Source of the DNA: Macrostomum lignano
Lineage: Eukaryota
NCBI GenBank assembly: GCA_002269645.1
Contig: NIVC01000870.1
Location: forward strand, 186,001-250,000
Length of the DNA stretch: 64,000 nucleotides
Direction: 5' to 3'
Part shown: positions 59,705 to 64,000 of the stretch, piece after piece
Layout: each line of letters starts with the position of its first letter
Position numbering within the stretch: the stretch's first letter is position 1
Program-made: the position numbers and the translations under genes
Notes under the pieces: model-generated
The model's database searches: none
What the model was told of the DNA's origin: nothing
What the model saw: only the letters and a program-made list of their open reading frames with translations

Positions 59705-60161
59705 GGGAGTTGTTATTTGTCCGGTGACCGGACGATTAGCCTTTCTGCTATTTGTCCGGTTAAATTGCTAACACAAGTATCTATTTGTTTTGTGATGAAT
59801 ATTCTAGATTTTTTAAAACCTTTTCTCGTATACTGATTAATATTTTGTTGTTTACTAGTGTAAGCAAAGCAGTATATTCATTCAATTCGGCATTATTTGG
59901 TGTATAAGACACATACTAGTATAACAAAATAATAATCAAGATACGAGTAAGAAGTCTCTTTGAAGTCTAGGAATACTCACCCTTGTAGATTATATAAAAT
60001 AAATATTTTAGCATTATCAATTTAACCGGACAAATATCAAAATGCCTATTTGTCCGGTATTAACCGGATGAATAGGAAAGCATGGCCATTTTCCAATAAC
60101 CGGACAAATAACCACATCGCTATTCGTCTGGTCACTGGACAAATAAATGAAATAACAACTG
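59705..60161. mobile_element. MITE-like element with TTTGTCCGG subterminal repeats
   Basis: GGGAGTTGTTATTTGTCCGGTGACCGGACGA mirrored near 60124-60161. Confidence 0.55.
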
Positions 60162-63131
60162 CCTAATACAATATATACTTAATTCAAGTTAATGCCACTT
60201 TAGCTATGTAACTATGTACATTGTACAATAAGATAATTAATTATTCATCCCAACAAAATTTGCAAATTTAGACCTAGATGCAAGTCGCATCCTGGTTTTC
60301 ATATTTGCATCCATTTTTTAAGCTTGAGATGCAAGTTGCACATCCACTGATCCACATTTTTGGCAGAAAAAAACAGTGGTCACTGTAACAATAACAACTG
60401 CCTAAAATTTATTTCTTTGGCCTTAAGGGAGCTTTAGCAAATTAATATTGGTGCTGTTATTACTATTAACTAGGTCCCCTACATTAAATATAATAATGCA
60501 TGCTCTTCTGGCTAAAAATTGATTGTTCTATATGCCCTTCTTGGTCAAAATTTTTTGGTCTATGCGGTTGATATATGAAGTATACCTTGGCTAGCTTAGA
60601 CCTATTATCATTCTTAGATGACTTAAAATCAGTTAGTTTTTGATTTGGTAATTTTCTATGTTTATAATTTTGTTTGTCAAATAATTTACCTATTTGTTTG
60701 AAATGAAACAATTATATTATTATAAAATGATAGAAAATTATATATAAAATATTTTTAACACTAGGCCTACTTAGAAAAAATGTTCAAAATTGTATTTGAA
60801 GTTACTAATGCTTTTATGTTCTACTCAATAATAAAAAGCAACTGATTGCCATTCTCTGCTTTTAAGGTGTATAATTTACAATGATAAAAATTGTACAAAA
60901 TATTAAATATCACATATTAGATATCATTGTTAGAAATACATGGTATTTAATATCTAGCCCTATTTCCTTTAGCAACCCTTTACCAATAAGCCAATATCTA
61001 GTTTTTATCCAATAAAATATGCCGAGACCAAATGCCAACCTCATCTTTCTTAGTTTGTGGGAACTAAAATTTGTGGAATTCTGGTTGTTTTGCCCCCAAA
61101 CTGTTTTGGCCATGGACATTTCATCTCAGACCATTTCACCCATATTCCATTTTACCCATAAACCAGTTTGGCTACCACAGCCAGGAAGACGGTAGAATCC
61201 TCGGAATTTTCCGGCGCAAATCAGCAATTTGCCGGCGCACGGCGCACACTTCACTGCGCCGCGCGCATGGGCTCGGCGCATCGGCGCATGGCTCGGTGCA
61301 TCGGTGCATGGCTCGGCGCATGGCGCACAAGGTACGTCAGTGTACGTGACAATATAATAATGAATAATAAAAAAACGTATATTAAATGTCAATCAATCAA
61401 TAAAATAAACGATAGTCGATACGATAGTCGTTATTTCCAATGTTGTTTCTATTTCAAATTTCATTAATCGACTTAACAAACTTAACAAATTTGCGCCTTT
61501 CGCGGCTTTTGTTGCGTCTTTTTGCTTATATTTTGCAAATAGAAGCCATGATTGAACTGCTTGAACTTCCATTGTTATTGATTCAATTTAGATACTTAAT
61601 ACTTGATGGTGCTTTTTCAAGTGGGGTCGTTCTCAAAATCAGGCACTGCTTATGCTTCCGTTTTTTTTCTTTAAAAATTCGTGACTCAATCTTTACCTAA
61701 GAACGAATTATAGATGCAACAAACGTATTTTGTGTCGTAAACCACAACAAAATGTCAGGACAGCATGGAATGCCGCTTTGTTTAAATATTATTATCGGAA
61801 TTATTTTATTGCACGAAAACTAGAAATACACCAGCATATCATCGTCAAATTCTATAGAGTAATTTATTCTTTTAAAATAGATAATAATTTCATTTAATTA
61901 GTTTTCTGTTTACGGAGCGCCGAACCATTAAATAAACATATTTTGTTATAATATGACTGTATACCTATGATACGCATTCGTTTAACTTTGAACAATTTGT
62001 GCGTCGCGCAACCTGAGGGTACTATCTCAAGTATTACATTGCTTTGTTCGTGACATTTTCTAGCTATTTACAAATTAATTACAATGCGCATTGCGTTGGA
62101 TAACGCAAATATAGTAATTCAAAACATTATCTGAAAATTGTTAGCTACATTTCTTAGCGTGAACGACTGATATGTGCATTTATGCGCGAAATTTAGTATC
62201 CCGCTAGGCGCTAATTCATATCTGTGGTTACAAGAATGATTGCAAAGTTTATGTATCACATAATCCTTTTGGATGATTCAAACATCCATAGGAAGATCTA
62301 TATGTACTCATATTTTAACTCAGAAGTCTGCTTCAGACGGAAAAAGAATATATTTATACATCTACAGCAAAAATTAAAGCATGAGTGTATAATAGAGAAG
62401 CTTTATAGTAAGTATGAAATTACAAAGGCAGTTTAAATATAGCACACATGGCATATAAAGAGCTGAGAAAATTCGTGTGCATTGTGTATAGTCTCAAAAA
62501 GTTCAAGAAGATGCAAAAACTGGAAAGAAGAGACAAAACAAATCAAGCACAGAAATGAAATATGATTGCAAAAAGCTTTGTTGCATTGTAAATATGCATG
62601 GAATATTGGAGTTTGGACATCTTAATATATGGTACATATGAATGCAGCCTGATATTCTGTAGAATTATCTATGTTTGACTCTAAATGTAATTATTTATTA
62701 TAAATAAGACATTTTCTTGTCTTATATTTTTTATTCTTGCAAGAAATGTAGTCTTGCAAACAGCTATATACTCTAGTCTGCTATGAATGGATACAATATT
62801 ATTAAACAAGAAGAAATTTAAAAAGTACATGTATACTGACTGGTTTATGCTAAAGTATTACAATCCAAAAGGATTTACAAACGTTACTGCAGGACAAAAA
62901 CAACTGAAAACAATTTGATGAAATGGGTAGATTAAAAAACATTTATCTGTATATGTAGGCATGAAGGAACTATATAATGAAGCTATCGAAACAGTCATGC
63001 TTGGACTTGACTGCCCCTGAATCAATAAAAATAGTGCATGAAGAATGATAGTATTTTAAACATAGTGTGCATTTAACACTAGTTTAAAGAAATGTAACAG
63101 GATGTGATGGACCGAGTTTTGACATCATGGG

Positions 63132-64000
63132 TGTCGGATTATAATCCTCCAATACTTCGCCTCTTTTGGGCCTTCACCTTCGACTTACGTTTTCATGTAC
63201 TTTTAGTCCCTTTAACATATTAATTAGTTGCAGCTAACCTTATTTATTGTCTATGACCTCATCCCTACCGTTTAGCCAAGCAATTCCAGCAATAGTGACC
63301 TAGCTCATCCTTTGCGTTTACCACTTTTATATCTATGTACAAGACCTCCTCTCCGTTATAGGTTTCTCTTAGCTTTGCTCCCCTCAGGCGCGTCCATGTT
63401 CCTTTCTTTCTGCTTTACCTTTTGCTTCCACTGCCACGAAATACACTCCATCTACTAACTGCTCATTAGTTTGTTGTCCAAGCGACAAATTTGGTAGCAG
63501 AGCGTTCACAACTCTTCAAATAATTCATGGTTATTATGCGTTCGATGGATGCCGGCGACACCACCTCCACTTCTGCAACCACTACTGCTCTGGCGCATAC
63601 CATGCCGCCCACTCCGACCGCTGTTGCTGCCACCGCTGGCACTAGTTCTGGAGCCCCCACTGGTCCTGATGCCTCTTTGACACCCAACTTTAACGACCGC
63701 TACGACCTCGCCGGGACCGACCGGGGCCCACAACAACTGGCTGCTACTCCTACTGCGCCGGTCACTGCTGCCACCCTCACCCCGACAACTCCTGGCATCG
63801 ATGTCAACGCATTGATGACCGCGAAGATGCAGCAGAACCAACAGCTAATACAACAGCTCGCTGCCGCAGTCCATCCTGCTGCAACAGCGGAGCCTGCTGC
63901 ACCACCCACCTCAACGCCGCTGGAGATGCCGACTCCAAGGAGGCCATACTCCCTTGTCTCTGCCGCAGCCGATGGAGGCCTCGTTCCGCATTCGGATTTA
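63132..64000 (+). mobile_element. LTR retrotransposon 4: 5' LTR, PBS and start of gag
   Basis: LTR 63132-63487 (TGTCG...CGACA); TGGTAGCAGAG at 63492-63502 is complementary to the initiator tRNA-Met 3' end. Confidence 0.75.
63545..64000 (+). CDS. gag: Probable Gag N-terminus (open to the window end)
   Basis: An ATG about 40 nt after the PBS opens 152 stop-free codons (MDAGDTTS...DVNALMTAKMQQNQQLIQQLAAA...). It is absent from the ORF track because there is no stop. Confidence 0.65.
   Translation, partial: MDAGDTTSTSATTTALAHTMPPTPTAVAATAGTSSGAPTGPDASLTPNFNDRYDLAGTDRGPQQLAATPTAPVTAATLTPTTPGIDVNALMTAKMQQNQQLIQQLAAAVHPAATAEPAAPPTSTPLEMPTPRRPYSLVSAAADGGLVPHSDL

Noticed and set aside
61160-62230. 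GGCGCA-rich repeats suggesting another DNA transposon end
   Set aside because: I could not identify a matching terminus, TSD or coding remnant.

Overview
Eukaryotic, AT-rich, probably invertebrate-animal DNA made almost entirely of nested and decayed mobile elements. No recognisable host gene, tRNA/rRNA gene or CRISPR array was found. Retroelements: four LTR retrotransposons (three clearly Ty3/gypsy-like, one seen only as LTR plus gag start) with Leu, Gln, Lys and iMet primer-binding sites, a solo LTR, and two RNase H-type (LOA/Lian-like) LINE pieces. DNA transposons: relics of CACTA/EnSpm-like, KDZ, mariner, Tc1, MULE/Phantom, PIF/Harbinger and P-like families, plus several MITEs and minisatellites. 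Most notable are: (1) the end of a Polinton/adintovirus-like endogenous virus (46175-51068) with major and minor capsid genes, two divergent genes and an AGTAG terminus confirmed by a second copy; (2) a young LTR element whose one long ORF is an in-frame Gag-N-terminus/integrase fusion lacking PR and RT; (3) a LINE flanked by a 176-bp direct duplication; (4) a KDZ transposase that can be reassembled across three GT-AG introns; (5) GGGAAAC -1 frameshift signals in two gypsy elements. All family calls come from motif recognition by eye, not database searches.
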